Source: a virus
Lineage: Duplodnaviria > Caudoviricetes
Virus record (IMG/VR): IMGVR_UViG_3300020156_000447
Reading direction: 5' to 3' (one strand)
Length of the DNA: 64,000 nucleotides
Part shown: positions 44,046 through 53,454 of the stretch, in pieces
Layout: each line of letters opens with the position of its first letter
How positions within the stretch are numbered: position 1 is the stretch's first letter
Position numbers and translations under genes: made by a program
Notes under the pieces: generated by a model
The model's database searches: none
Told to the model about the DNA's origin: nothing
Seen by the model: only the letters and a program-made list of their open reading frames with translations

Positions 44046-45386
44046 ATGCAAGTTAAAAATCTGACCATCACGAACATCGGGAAAATCGAGTCAATCTCGG
44101 TTAACTTCGACAAGCCGCTGCTCTTGTTTTACGGAGAAGTCCAGCAGGGCAAGACGACAATTCTGAACGCGATTCGATTCGTGTTCGGTGGGTCGTTCCC
44201 TTCGGACATTCTCCGCCACGGCACTGACGAGGGCTCCGTGTGCCTGACCTTCGACAACGGTTCCATCACTCGCGAGTTATACCGGGCAAAGGACGGCACG
44301 ACTAAGTCGCGTCCCGTAGTCTTTATCCGTGACGGCAAGCCGGTCGCTAAACCCGTAGCGGAGATCGAAAAGTTCCTCAACCCCTTCCTGCTCGACCAGG
44401 ATTTTCTTCGCAACAAAACGGAACTGGAGCGCAAGCGCTACTTTGCCGAACTGTTCCACGTCGACACGACCGACATCGACGCCGAGGCCGCCCGCTGTGA
44501 AGAGCAGGCCCGGGAGCTGCGCGCCAAGCTGAAGGGATATGGTGAAATCGACCTGACGCCGGTCGAAGCGGTCGACGTGACGGAGCTGCGTCGCAAGCGT
44601 GCCGAGATTCAGAACGCGCACGATGCAAATATTCGGAAATTCACAGTGGAGTTTGAAGCCGAACTGGCCGCTGTTCGCGCTGACAACAGGGAGCGCGAAG
44701 AGCACAATAGAATTTTTCAGAAGACGAGCGAAACGCTGTCAGCCTGGTGCGACGAGATCAAGCGACTTGAAGCCGCGCTCAAGAACGCGAATGACAAAGT
44801 GACGGAGATCGGCCTGTGGCTTGCGGAGAACAAACAGCGACCGCTGTTGGCGGAGCCAACCCTGGCGCTGCCTGCCGCGCCGAACGCCTGCGAACTGGAT
44901 GAAGAGATTTCGCAGGCCGCCGCAACCAACGTGCGCGCCGAGCAATATCGGAAGAACGTGCAGCGCGATGCAGCTCGCAAAACTGATGAAAGCCAGCTTG
45001 CCGAGCTGGAAGCAAAGCTGCGCGGCATCCGCCAGGAAAAGGTTAACCGGCTGAAGGACATCTCCGACTCGTGCGGCATTCCGGGGCTCGCGTTTGATGA
45101 GCGTGGGAACTTCATCTATGAGGGGACTGAGGCAGGCATGCTCTCGACTTCGCAAGTGATGAAGTTATCGAGCGACCTTTCGTCGCTCTATTCCCAAGGT
45201 TTTGGGCTCGATTTAATCGACCGCGCGGAGTCCCTGGGTAAGAGCATCTTCGGGTTCGTGCAGCGCGCAGAGCGCGAGAAGAAAACCATCCTGGCGACCA
45301 TTGTAGGTGAATGCCCTGCAACGGTGCCAGTCAACGTCGGCGTGTTCGTCGTGGAAGACGGGAAGGTATGCGCCGCTGCCCAATAG
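44046..45386 (+). CDS. SMC/Rad50(SbcC)-like coiled-coil ATPase
   Basis: MQVKNLTITNIGKIE, Walker A YGEVQQGKTT, long coiled coil, LSTSQ signature-like, LIDRAESL Walker B-like. Confidence 0.8.
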   Translation: MQVKNLTITNIGKIESISVNFDKPLLLFYGEVQQGKTTILNAIRFVFGGSFPSDILRHGTDEGSVCLTFDNGSITRELYRAKDGTTKSRPVVFIRDGKPVAKPVAEIEKFLNPFLLDQDFLRNKTELERKRYFAELFHVDTTDIDAEAARCEEQARELRAKLKGYGEIDLTPVEAVDVTELRRKRAEIQNAHDANIRKFTVEFEAELAAVRADNREREEHNRIFQKTSETLSAWCDEIKRLEAALKNANDKVTEIGLWLAENKQRPLLAEPTLALPAAPNACELDEEISQAAATNVRAEQYRKNVQRDAARKTDESQLAELEAKLRGIRQEKVNRLKDISDSCGIPGLAFDERGNFIYEGTEAGMLSTSQVMKLSSDLSSLYSQGFGLDLIDRAESLGKSIFGFVQRAEREKKTILATIVGECPATVPVNVGVFVVEDGKVCAAAQ

Positions 45387-45542
45387 GCCATTGCGTCTTC
45401 ATGCTCAGCAGGCGGCGCGTGCAGATCGGCGGGAAGCCTCTTTCCCGCGCCCAGGAGCATGCCTGGAAGTCTGAACTGCGTAGGCAGATTTCCGGAGCCT
45501 CGGTTTCGGTAAGGCCGGACCCGTCACCCGTATTTTTTGATA

Positions 45543-45571
45543 TTGACGCAAAATCAGGACGTGCTTAGTGT
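45543..45571 (+). promoter_or_regulatory. Class I promoter
   Basis: TA-TTGACG(45543-45548)-17 nt-TAGTGT; a second AAGTATTGACGAAAA lies at 45596-45610. Confidence 0.45.
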
Positions 45572-45667
45572 CGCGCTGTAGGGAAATATTACAGGAAGTA
45601 TTGACGAAAAAGCAGCCTAGAAAAGTGAGGCTACTCGCGTCCATAAGCCGGGGAAAGTCAAAAATCT

Positions 45668-46009
45668 ATGAAGGATTCGAATATTCTGCTTGAACCTGCG
45701 GCACGAATGCCGCGAACTCGTGTTCGTGCGCGCAAGCGCAGCAAACCCACTAAACAACGAATGAAACGAGATCGCCGGTTGGACAACCCGGGTCGTCCGA
45801 AGAAGGACAACAAAAAGGTCCATACAACAATCAGCGTTCGCCCGTCGACCCTTGGCGAGAAGGGCGAGCCGGGACCTTGGGCCGTGCTGGCGAAGAAAGC
45901 CGGAGTCAGCAAAGGGCACCTGGTCGAATGGCTCGTGCAGTCGCCGGACGCCGAGGACTGTCGCAAGCTCGCAATCAAGAAGGCCAAGTATTTCGTGATT
46001 CCCGACTGA
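45668..46009 (+). CDS. Basic DNA-binding protein (RHH/HTH-like)
   Basis: GRPKK...TTISVR...LAKKAGVSKGHLVEWLV. Confidence 0.55.
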   Translation: MKDSNILLEPAARMPRTRVRARKRSKPTKQRMKRDRRLDNPGRPKKDNKKVHTTISVRPSTLGEKGEPGPWAVLAKKAGVSKGHLVEWLVQSPDAEDCRKLAIKKAKYFVIPD

Positions 46010-46037
46010 GATCAGAGCACTGACTGCAGGTGACCTG

Positions 46038-46069
46038 AACCGCCAGAGCCAACCTCTGGCGGTTTTTTT
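46038..46069 (+). terminator. Intrinsic terminator
   Basis: AACCGCCAGAG-CCAAC-CTCTGGCGGTT-TTTTT. Confidence 0.8.
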
Positions 46070-46085
46070 GTCGTTTTTTAAAAAA

Positions 46086-46117
46086 CTGGTTGGCGAATGC
46101 TGCTCGAATTTTCACAT
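46086..46117 (+). promoter_or_regulatory. Class II promoter, leaderless
   Basis: CTGG-TTGGCG(46090-46095)-17 nt-CACAT(46113-46117)-7 nt-GTG. Confidence 0.55.
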
Positions 46118-46124
46118 CGTATAT

Positions 46125-46664
46125 GTGAGACCTACGAAGAGCCGCCGCGGGGACTGGTTCCAAACCTACTCGGGCCGTCAGTTCTGGCCATTGGACCCCC
46201 GGCCCGACGACATCTGCATTGAGGACATTGCGCACCACCTGGCCGGAATAAACCGTTTCGGCGGCGCGACCGTGGTGCCCTACAGCGTCGCTCAACATTC
46301 GGTCCACGTCAGCAGGCTCTGCCCGCAGCATGCGTTCTGCGCACTCATGCACGACGCCACGGAAGCCTACCTAGGTGACGTGATACGGCCCCTCAAGTAT
46401 CAGCTCGGCGTCTACCTCGAAGCCGAGCAGCGGCTGTGGGAGGTGATCGCAGAAAAATTCTGTCTGCCGTTGGAGATTCCTGCAGAAGTAAAGCGGGCGG
46501 ACAACATCGCGCTAATGACGGAGCGCCGGGATTTACTTCGGTCGACTGGCCACGATTGGGGCCGCTTGCGCGACTATCCACCGGACCCCGGCACAATCAG
46601 GCCGCTGGGTGCGAGCAGCGCCAAACGCCTCTTCCTAATGCGCTATACGGCTTTCGCGCCGTAA
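46125..46664 (+). CDS. HD-domain 5'-deoxynucleotidase-like (YfbR-like) hydrolase
   Basis: QTYSGRQFWPLDP, DIAHHL, YSVAQHSV, LMHDATEAYLGD, ADNIALMTE. Confidence 0.85.
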   Translation: MRPTKSRRGDWFQTYSGRQFWPLDPRPDDICIEDIAHHLAGINRFGGATVVPYSVAQHSVHVSRLCPQHAFCALMHDATEAYLGDVIRPLKYQLGVYLEAEQRLWEVIAEKFCLPLEIPAEVKRADNIALMTERRDLLRSTGHDWGRLRDYPPDPGTIRPLGASSAKRLFLMRYTAFAP

Positions 46665-46671
46665 ATATTTC

Positions 46672-46703
46672 AGTATTGACAGAAACACTGCTTCCGGTAT
46701 TTT
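46672..46703 (+). promoter_or_regulatory. Class I promoter, leaderless
   Basis: AGTA-TTGACA(46676-46681)-16 nt-TATTTT-6 nt-ATG 46710. Confidence 0.6.
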
Positions 46704-46709
46704 TCAAAT

Positions 46710-47048
46710 ATGAATGAAAGTCCAGACACTCTGACACGAAACAATGGCCGCTTCAATCGAGCGGCCATCAAACGCCACGCCCTGAAGGTCAGCCGGGAAG
46801 CTCGTAACGGGAAGTTCGAGCGGGTGAGCACCGAGTTTCTTGAGAACATTGAGGCGCAGATCGAAGCCAAGCTGCGCAGCCTGGAAGCGCCGGTCATTAA
46901 TGCGCCGCTGGGCCAGGTAGAACCCGACGCGGGCGAGAGCTTTTTGACGGGGCAGGGGAAGGAGCGTCTTTTCGAGGCGTTCAACCGCTGGGTGGCTCGG
47001 GAGATTCATCGGAAGAGCAACGACGTGCGAGTGGGGAAAACGCTATGA
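46710..47048 (+). CDS. Hypothetical protein (weakly histone-fold-like)
   Basis: NRAAIKRHAL...ERVSTEFLENIEAQIEAKL...VGKTL. Confidence 0.5.
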   Translation: MNESPDTLTRNNGRFNRAAIKRHALKVSREARNGKFERVSTEFLENIEAQIEAKLRSLEAPVINAPLGQVEPDAGESFLTGQGKERLFEAFNRWVAREIHRKSNDVRVGKTL

Positions 47049-47293
47049 GCGCAACGGTGAGCAAGAACGGCGCGCTTTCGTGGTTCGGGAAATTGCTTTG
47101 CGCGATTGGCGCTCATCGGCGCAAAACAATCGCAAGGATTGGTGACAGACCGTTTGGGATTATCGTGTGGCGCGAGTGCCAAAGATGCGGGGTTATCCAG
47201 CGGTGGGATGGAGTTGGTTACGTGAACTGCAATCGCAAGTCTACCATGGAGGCGCTTGCGGGTCTCGGATTGCTGAAAGGAGATGCTAAATGA
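47045..47293 (+). CDS. Hypothetical protein
   Basis: LLCAIGAHR...RECQRCG. Confidence 0.5.
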   Translation: MSATVSKNGALSWFGKLLCAIGAHRRKTIARIGDRPFGIIVWRECQRCGVIQRWDGVGYVNCNRKSTMEALAGLGLLKGDAK

Positions 47294-47329
47294 CAACGGT
47301 GAACGAGACCGTCGCTCCGTTCTGCTGAT

Positions 47330-47770
47330 ATGCGCGCGCCCTCGCACAAAGTCTATTACGCCCTGCGGCGCGAGACGCCCGAGTCTCCGCTGCGCTGGTG
47401 GCCTGTGCGGGGACTGCGTTTAAACGTGCCCGGCTGGTTGAAGCTGTCGCTGTTTACCTACCGAGATGGCCCGGTGGTGTTCATCGTGGACGAGCGAACC
47501 GGGCTGACGATTGCGGTCGCCCCTTCGCGACCGCTGGCGGTGCGAGCAGCCAACCTCGTTTTGGAAAAACTCAGCTACCGGTCGCTGCGCAAAGTGCTCG
47601 ACCATGACAAAGGATTTTTAAATGCAGGACGAAAACCAAGAACACATGACGAACGAATCGACACACCAAGCCCTGGACAAGTTGCACCTGGAGGCGACGG
47701 ACAAAGCGTTCCAGGAGCTGAAGCGCCTGGAAGCAGCGGCGACGCCTGCCCCGTGGCTGGAGGGGCATAG
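47330..47770 (+). CDS. Hypothetical protein
   Basis: IVDERTGLTIA motif; 3' end overlaps the next ORF by ~150 nt. Confidence 0.45.
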   Translation: MRAPSHKVYYALRRETPESPLRWWPVRGLRLNVPGWLKLSLFTYRDGPVVFIVDERTGLTIAVAPSRPLAVRAANLVLEKLSYRSLRKVLDHDKGFLNAGRKPRTHDERIDTPSPGQVAPGGDGQSVPGAEAPGSSGDACPVAGGA

Positions 47771-48140
47771 CGGAACTGGCGCGGTAGTTACACCGGGCCA
47801 CAATCCCGGCCCCTATGGCGAGGAGTGTGACAAGTTTTACGGCGGCGCAGTCGTGCTGGAGTCCTGCCGCCCGTCTGACCGCGTCTTTTTGATCGCCCTG
47901 CGCAACCATGCAGCGACGCTGATTAACCAGTGCGCAAACCTGACCGCGCTGATGGCCGAGCTCGACGAAGTCCACCGCGAGCTGGGGATCGATTACAACC
48001 AGAGTGCGGGCGCTGCAATCCGCGCGCTCAAGACCGGACTCGGCGCGGCAGTCCGCGAGTTAGAGAGAGTAAACAACGTCAAGGACGGTCATCCGCTCGT
48101 GAGCCACAATCTGCTCTACAACTTGCGCAACCTCCTGTGA
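47622..48140 (+). CDS. Hypothetical protein (ATPAPW...DRVFLIALRN family)
   Basis: LKRLEAAATPAPW and SDRVFLIALRNHA motifs. Confidence 0.55.
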   Translation: MQDENQEHMTNESTHQALDKLHLEATDKAFQELKRLEAAATPAPWLEGHSGTGAVVTPGHNPGPYGEECDKFYGGAVVLESCRPSDRVFLIALRNHAATLINQCANLTALMAELDEVHRELGIDYNQSAGAAIRALKTGLGAAVRELERVNNVKDGHPLVSHNLLYNLRNLL

Positions 48141-48224
48141 TGACCTGGGCAATATCCACGCTGTGCTTTTGCCTGTCGTTGCTGGCGCTGGTGAAGACTT
48201 TTCAAATACTGAAACAACTGTTCA

Positions 48225-48545
48225 ATGAATCCCGAGCTCCAACAAACCCTTTTGACACAACGCCGTGCTCGCTGTGCCGAGTTCATAGCGCACCCTGAGA
48301 AGTTCAAAGTCTGTGACCAGTGCCAGAGCATGCTCCCGGCTGGCGCAGGTAAATGCGGCCTGTGCCACGCCTACCGGTTCCGCACCGACCCGCGCGACGT
48401 AGTCGAGATCGCCCGCGGCATGCGTGAGCGCGCCGTCGCGATTACTGCGCCGGTCGTGCCGCGTGGGTTGACGGTGCAAGTGCTCTCGCCATTCGGTTGG
48501 CCGAGCTGTAAGGTCGAAGCGCCCGCAATTGAGATTTATGAGTGA
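48225..48545 (+). CDS. Zinc-ribbon protein
   Basis: VCDQCQS...KCGLCHAYRF. Confidence 0.55.
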   Translation: MNPELQQTLLTQRRARCAEFIAHPEKFKVCDQCQSMLPAGAGKCGLCHAYRFRTDPRDVVEIARGMRERAVAITAPVVPRGLTVQVLSPFGWPSCKVEAPAIEIYE

Positions 48546-48783
48546 CCAAAAAGTGAAGACACTTCGCGTAAAAATCGAGGACCGACCTGCGATAGAAGTG
48601 TCGCGGGAAGCCTATGTTAAGGCTAAAACCAAGCAACTTCGTGAGTTTGGATATGGGACTTTAACGGAGCAACACGTAGACGAGCAGGTGGACGCCGTCC
48701 TGTCTAACAAGGAAATTGGAGCGGGATTGACTGTCATCGGGGCATTCATGCAGGGCGAGGTGTTAGGCCAAGGGCGAGAATGA
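48538..48783 (+). CDS. Hypothetical protein
   Basis: TTTATG start 48538. Confidence 0.5.
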   Translation: MSDQKVKTLRVKIEDRPAIEVSREAYVKAKTKQLREFGYGTLTEQHVDEQVDAVLSNKEIGAGLTVIGAFMQGEVLGQGRE

Positions 48784-48934
48784 GATACCGCATCAAAGAC
48801 CGCGAGCTGCAGGTGTTGTCAAACTCCACCTGTTCGCGGGCGGATTTTTCGCAGAGTGGTTTGGTGCTGAGACCGGACATCATTTCGAGAAGGTGAACGC
48901 AGTTCAGCGCCGCGGTTGACACGCCCACCATATC

Positions 48935-49429
48935 ATGGGCGTGAAGAAATTGATCGCCCTCGCTGGTTACGCCGGAGCTGGAAAAGACGAAGCTGCAAAA
49001 CCCCTGATTGAAGCCGGATTCGAACGCCGATGTTTCGGCGATTCGATCAAGGCCCAGGTCGACGACCTGGTGAAAAAGCACCTCGGCTTTTCCGCTTTTA
49101 CTGAAGACCGTTCCCTGAAGCCCCTTATCCGCCGCACCCTGGAGTCCTGGGGTGAGGACAACTACGACAATATCTTCCGCGAGTTCTTCGCCAATCTGCC
49201 GGACCGCTGCGTTAACACTCGCCTCGTCCGGGTCAAGGAAGCCGAGGAGTGGGTCCGCCAGGGCGGTCTCATTGTCGAAATCCGACGCCCTGGAGTTGGC
49301 CCAGCCACGAAATGGGAGCGGGAGCAGTTAGTTTACCTTCGAATGAAACGCTTTGTCCACACGGTCGTCGAGAACGACGGCACCGCGGCGGACCTCCACG
49401 ACAAGATGCGGGAGCTGTGCGGCCTGTGA
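48935..49429 (+). CDS. Deoxynucleotide monophosphate kinase-like protein
   Basis: LIALAGYAGAGKDEAA, FGDSIK, RLVRVKEAEEW...GGLIVEIRRP, VENDGT. Confidence 0.85.
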   Translation: MGVKKLIALAGYAGAGKDEAAKPLIEAGFERRCFGDSIKAQVDDLVKKHLGFSAFTEDRSLKPLIRRTLESWGEDNYDNIFREFFANLPDRCVNTRLVRVKEAEEWVRQGGLIVEIRRPGVGPATKWEREQLVYLRMKRFVHTVVENDGTAADLHDKMRELCGL

Positions 49430-49686
49430 AGAGCCGCCAGAAGTCCGACGACATCGAATTCGGTCTGAAGCTCCTAACTGCGATAGCAGAACCTGGTGTG
49501 CGCTACGACGCTGCCGAGATCGCCGCATGGTGCGGCTGCAGCAGGCAGGCCATCGAGCAGCTTGAAAGCAAAGCGCTGGCAAGAGCCCGTCAGGAATTCG
49601 TGAAGCGCGGGTTCCAGGAGTTGAACATGCCGGAGCCCCACGACCCGGCAGACCCAGTGTCCGCACCTTTTTTGACCGGCTTATAA
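49426..49686 (+). CDS. Stand-alone sigma70 region 4-like HTH protein
   Basis: GTG 49426 overlapping upstream TGA; AAEIAAWCGCSRQAIEQLESKALARAR. Confidence 0.7.
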   Translation: MKSRQKSDDIEFGLKLLTAIAEPGVRYDAAEIAAWCGCSRQAIEQLESKALARARQEFVKRGFQELNMPEPHDPADPVSAPFLTGL

Positions 49687-49713
49687 GTCGGTTCACGCCA
49701 AGGAAAAAGAAAT

Positions 49714-49752
49714 AACCCGACTGGTTGACAAACTGGTCGGGTTTTTTCATGT
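49714..49752 (+). terminator. Terminator hairpin overlapping a class II promoter
   Basis: AACCCGACTGGTT-GACA-AACTGGTCGGGTT-TTTT; TTGACA(49725-49730)-17 nt-CATGT(49748-49752)-6 nt-GTG. Confidence 0.65.
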
Positions 49753-49758
49753 CATGAT

Positions 49759-51144
49759 GTGGGACCTTTAATTCCTCACTCCTGGCAAGAGAAATCGATT
49801 CAGCACCTGTTGCAGGTTATTCCGCGCGAAGGCGCGGCAGTTGATGGATCGGATACCGGCACCGGCAAAACGCTCGTCGCGGTCGAGACAGTCAAACGTT
49901 TGGGTAATCCACCGACCCTGGTGATTTGCCCCAAAGTCGTCATTCCCGCATGGCAGCGCACTGCCGCCGCTCAAGGCATCGACCTGGACGTTCTCAACAT
50001 CGAGAAGCTGCGTGCAGGCAATACACCCTACGGAGGCTGGTATCCTCGTGACTCCCGACATCCAACGGAATGGTTCGGCTGGAACCCGGGAATCAAGTTT
50101 CTCGTCATCGACGAAGCGCACCGCTGCAAAGCCTCTGGCAACAAGCGGGTGAACGGAGTCATACAGCCGCCGCGCAACGCGGAATTGATGAGGGCCGCAC
50201 GGCGGCAGCGTATTCCGGCCCTGGCGATGTCCGCCACGCTCGCCGACACGCCGCTGGAAATGGACGCGCTCGGCTATCTGCTTCGCCTCCACGATAGCGA
50301 CAGCAAGCCAACCCTGCGCAACCCGCACCCAACGCATTTTCTCGATTGGGCTCGCGACTACGGCGTGCGGATGACCAGCACCGGCCCGGAGTTTATCGGC
50401 GGCCCGGTAGAAATGGCGCGCATCCACGCACAACTCTACCCGCACAAGGGGGTTCGGGTTCGGATTAAAGACCTGGGCGACCTTTTCCCGGAGACGCAGA
50501 TCACCGCGGAGCTGTGCGAAATCGACAATCCGGAAAAGGTCGATGCAATCTACGCCGAAATGGCCGAGGCGCTGGCGGAGCTAAAAAAGCGGACTGACCG
50601 ATACTTCACGGACGAATTTGCAATGGCGGAGCGCCAAAAGGTCGAGCTGCTCAAGGTGCCTGCTTTCGTCGACCTGGCCCAGGACGCAATTGCCCAGAGG
50701 ATGTCCGTCGCAATCTTTGTCAATTTCCGGCTCACGTTGCAGGAGATATGCAGACGGTTGGGCACTGATTGCTTCATTGACGGTTCCCAGATAGGTCCGC
50801 AGGGCTCGTTGCAGCGGGAGGCCAACCGGCTTGCTTTTCAGTCCGACCGGTCGCGCATCATCGTTTGCATTGCTGAGGCGGGCGGCCTTGGACTCGACCT
50901 CCACGACATAACCGGCCGCCATCCGCGTCTGGCCCTCATTTCTCCGGGTTACAACGCCAAGACGCTGAAGCAGGTCCTCGGACGTGTGTGGCGCGCTGGC
51001 GGGCTTTCCAAGAGCCTGCAGCGCCTTATTTTCGCGCGCGGCACAATCGAAGAAACCGTCCACGCAGCAGTCTCTCGCAAGTGCAACAACCTCGACGCGC
51101 TCCAGGACGGCGACCTCGAACCAAGAAATTTTCAACTTTCGTAA
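49759..51144 (+). CDS. SF2 (SNF2/DEAD-like) helicase
   Basis: SDTGTGKT, LVIDEAH, MSATLAD, GGLGLDL, QVLGRVWRAG. Confidence 0.9.
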   Translation: MGPLIPHSWQEKSIQHLLQVIPREGAAVDGSDTGTGKTLVAVETVKRLGNPPTLVICPKVVIPAWQRTAAAQGIDLDVLNIEKLRAGNTPYGGWYPRDSRHPTEWFGWNPGIKFLVIDEAHRCKASGNKRVNGVIQPPRNAELMRAARRQRIPALAMSATLADTPLEMDALGYLLRLHDSDSKPTLRNPHPTHFLDWARDYGVRMTSTGPEFIGGPVEMARIHAQLYPHKGVRVRIKDLGDLFPETQITAELCEIDNPEKVDAIYAEMAEALAELKKRTDRYFTDEFAMAERQKVELLKVPAFVDLAQDAIAQRMSVAIFVNFRLTLQEICRRLGTDCFIDGSQIGPQGSLQREANRLAFQSDRSRIIVCIAEAGGLGLDLHDITGRHPRLALISPGYNAKTLKQVLGRVWRAGGLSKSLQRLIFARGTIEETVHAAVSRKCNNLDALQDGDLEPRNFQLS

Positions 51145-51147
51145 AAA

Positions 51148-51179
51148 GTGGTTGGCGCGGTCGGTTGCCAAAACCATAT
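51148..51179 (+). promoter_or_regulatory. Class II promoter
   Basis: GTGG-TTGGCG(51152-51157)-17 nt-CATAT(51175-51179). Confidence 0.6.
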
Positions 51180-51217
51180 CAGGTAAAGACCAAAATATTT
51201 TAGTGATTGAATTGAAG

Positions 51218-52363
51218 ATGAGTGCCGAACGCCTCCACCACCCTTTCTCGCCGTCGAAACTGCAAGTGCTTGAAGCTTGCCCCCTCTTCACCGGTGAAGA
51301 GTCAAGCCGCAACGAGGCGTCGGAAGCGGGCACCCGGCAGCACGACGCCGCGGAAGAGGGAATTGACATTGATGACCCTCGTCTGGCCGACCACGAAGCT
51401 GACGCGGTCGCGCTCTGCAAGGAATACCGCGACAAGATCGTCGCCAAGTATCCGGGCGGGACAGTTATCAAGGAAGAGTATCTCAACATTGACGACGTTG
51501 TCTTGGTCGATTCCCAGGGCAATAAGTTTAAAGGCACCACGGGGGGCTATCTGGACGTGGGGGTCATCAATGCTGAAAAAACGATCGCTGAAATCTGCGA
51601 CTGGAAGTTTGGCCAGTGGTCCGTTGAACCCACAGAGAACAACCTGCAGGGTATTGCTTACCTGCTTGGGCTCTACTACCGCTTCCCATCCCTGCAACAG
51701 GTCACCGTCCATTTCGTGATGCCCCATCGCGGAGAAGGCGACTTCCACACGTTCCAACGGAGCCAATTCGACGGCCTGCTGTTGCGGGTCAAAACGGTGG
51801 TTGCCCGAGCCAAGCTCGCACAAGAAACAGGAGATTTTTCTAAGGCTCAGGTCACCGTCAGCGCCTGTCTGTTTTGCGGCAATAAGGGAAAGTGTCCCGC
51901 GCTCGCTGCGTTCGCTATAAAGCTCGGGAAGAAATACGCTCCGGCTCAAATCCCGGAGACCGTGACCCCCTCTCTTCTGCGCGACGCCAAGCAAGCAAAG
52001 CTGTCCATGGAGATCGCGCAGCTCATGGAAGCCTGGGGCAAAGCCACACGAGGCCAGATCACCGCCAGAGCAATCGAAGAAGACGAGTGGATGCCTGAGG
52101 GCTACGTGTTGCGGTCGAGAACCGACAACGAGATCAAAAACTTCGCGGGCTACATCAGGGCTGCACGCAAAGCCGGTGTTCCGGCAAGCGCTATCCGCGC
52201 GGCCCTGGCAATCCGCATGACACCCATCAATAAGGCGATTCAAGACGCGTCACCCCGTGGAAGTAAGAAGGCCGCTGCGGACGCTTTCCGCGCCGACTGC
52301 CTTGAGAAGGGAATCCTGGAGGAGAGCCAGGGCGCAATTTTCCTCGAACGGCTGAAGAGCTGA
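51218..52363 (+). CDS. PD-(D/E)xK (Cas4-like / DUF2800-type) nuclease
   Basis: HHPFSPSK...CP, GTRQH, GYLDV, ICDWKFG, NNLQGIAYLLG, CLFC...CP. Confidence 0.85.
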   Translation: MSAERLHHPFSPSKLQVLEACPLFTGEESSRNEASEAGTRQHDAAEEGIDIDDPRLADHEADAVALCKEYRDKIVAKYPGGTVIKEEYLNIDDVVLVDSQGNKFKGTTGGYLDVGVINAEKTIAEICDWKFGQWSVEPTENNLQGIAYLLGLYYRFPSLQQVTVHFVMPHRGEGDFHTFQRSQFDGLLLRVKTVVARAKLAQETGDFSKAQVTVSACLFCGNKGKCPALAAFAIKLGKKYAPAQIPETVTPSLLRDAKQAKLSMEIAQLMEAWGKATRGQITARAIEEDEWMPEGYVLRSRTDNEIKNFAGYIRAARKAGVPASAIRAALAIRMTPINKAIQDASPRGSKKAAADAFRADCLEKGILEESQGAIFLERLKS

Positions 52364-52440
52364 ACGAGCAATCAATTTCCGTTCATCAATTGAGTTGAAC
52401 GGAGAACACAACAAAAAAGTCCAGACAAAAAAGCAGTAAT

Positions 52441-53268
52441 ATGGCTCGTATTGAGTTCAACAAACCCGGCACTGAATCCTTGGTCAAAGACGTCCCGACC
52501 GAGGCGAAGGTCCTCACACCCAACCCGCAGACCCAAACGGCAAACAGTGAGCCGTCGTCCCAGGTCCCGGCAACGATCACCGGCACCAGCACCGCTGTGG
52601 CTGCGCCCCCCGCGCCTTACGACGATGACAGCATCGACGCCAAGGACATGGTGCTGCCGCACTTCAAGATCGTCCAAAAAGTGGGCGAACTGTCCAATAA
52701 TTTTCCACACGGCTCGTTGCTTCTCAACGGCTCTCTGGTTCTTCGCGAGGGGAAAAGCAAGCTCGGCGAAAAGAGTGAACCCGTGCGAATTCTCATTTGC
52801 GGGTTTGAGCCGACTCTGTTCGAAGAGAAGGTCGACTATCAGCCGGGCCTACGCGGAAACCTCTGCAAGACGGAAGCTGAAGTCGTCGCAAAGGGCGGCA
52901 CGCTCGACTACACCGAGGCGCAGCAGACCAAGAAGCCCTGGTATCAGCGGCGCGCAACGGCACTGATCCTCGTCGAGCAGGTGTCAGGTCTCACTGACAA
53001 CGAGTTCCCGATCAACATCGCTGGGAAGAATTACGCACTGGCCCTCTACCTCATGAAGGGCAGCGCTTACACCTACGGAGCGAAGCCCATCAAGACTCAG
53101 CGCAAGATTGGAGTGCTGCGCCAGAACGGTTACCGCGGAGCTTTTTTTGAAATCCGCAGCGAACTTAAAAAGTTCGGCAACAATTATGCATTCGTTCCGG
53201 TGCCGAGGGCGTTGGAGTCCACAACACAGACATTCCGCGACGAACTGAAGGCAGTCCTGGGCTTCTAG
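52441..53268 (+). CDS. Putative single-stranded DNA-binding/annealing protein
   Basis: Between nuclease and polymerase; DMVLPHFKIVQK; highly expressed-type codon usage. Confidence 0.55.
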   Translation: MARIEFNKPGTESLVKDVPTEAKVLTPNPQTQTANSEPSSQVPATITGTSTAVAAPPAPYDDDSIDAKDMVLPHFKIVQKVGELSNNFPHGSLLLNGSLVLREGKSKLGEKSEPVRILICGFEPTLFEEKVDYQPGLRGNLCKTEAEVVAKGGTLDYTEAQQTKKPWYQRRATALILVEQVSGLTDNEFPINIAGKNYALALYLMKGSAYTYGAKPIKTQRKIGVLRQNGYRGAFFEIRSELKKFGNNYAFVPVPRALESTTQTFRDELKAVLGF

Positions 53269-53297
53269 GACAAGATACGGTTAGTCCACAGGCAATT

Positions 53298-53329
53298 GAG
53301 GGTCGGACGGTGTTTGTCCGACCCTCTTT
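53298..53329 (+). terminator. Intrinsic terminator
   Basis: GAGGGTCGGAC-GGTGTTT-GTCCGACCCTC-TTT. Confidence 0.7.
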
Positions 53330-53371
53330 GTAAGACTAAAAAGGTCCGTAAATTTACCTCAAGTTTACAAA

Positions 53372-53404
53372 AGTATTGACGAAAATATTGCCATTGCGCA
53401 AAGT
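53372..53404 (+). promoter_or_regulatory. Class I promoter
   Basis: AAGTA-TTGACG(53376-53381)-17 nt-CAAAGT. Confidence 0.5.
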
Positions 53405-53454
53405 GCGTTCGTCAGCAAAAACAATGGGGTGTTGACCCCGGAAAGAAGAAGCCG

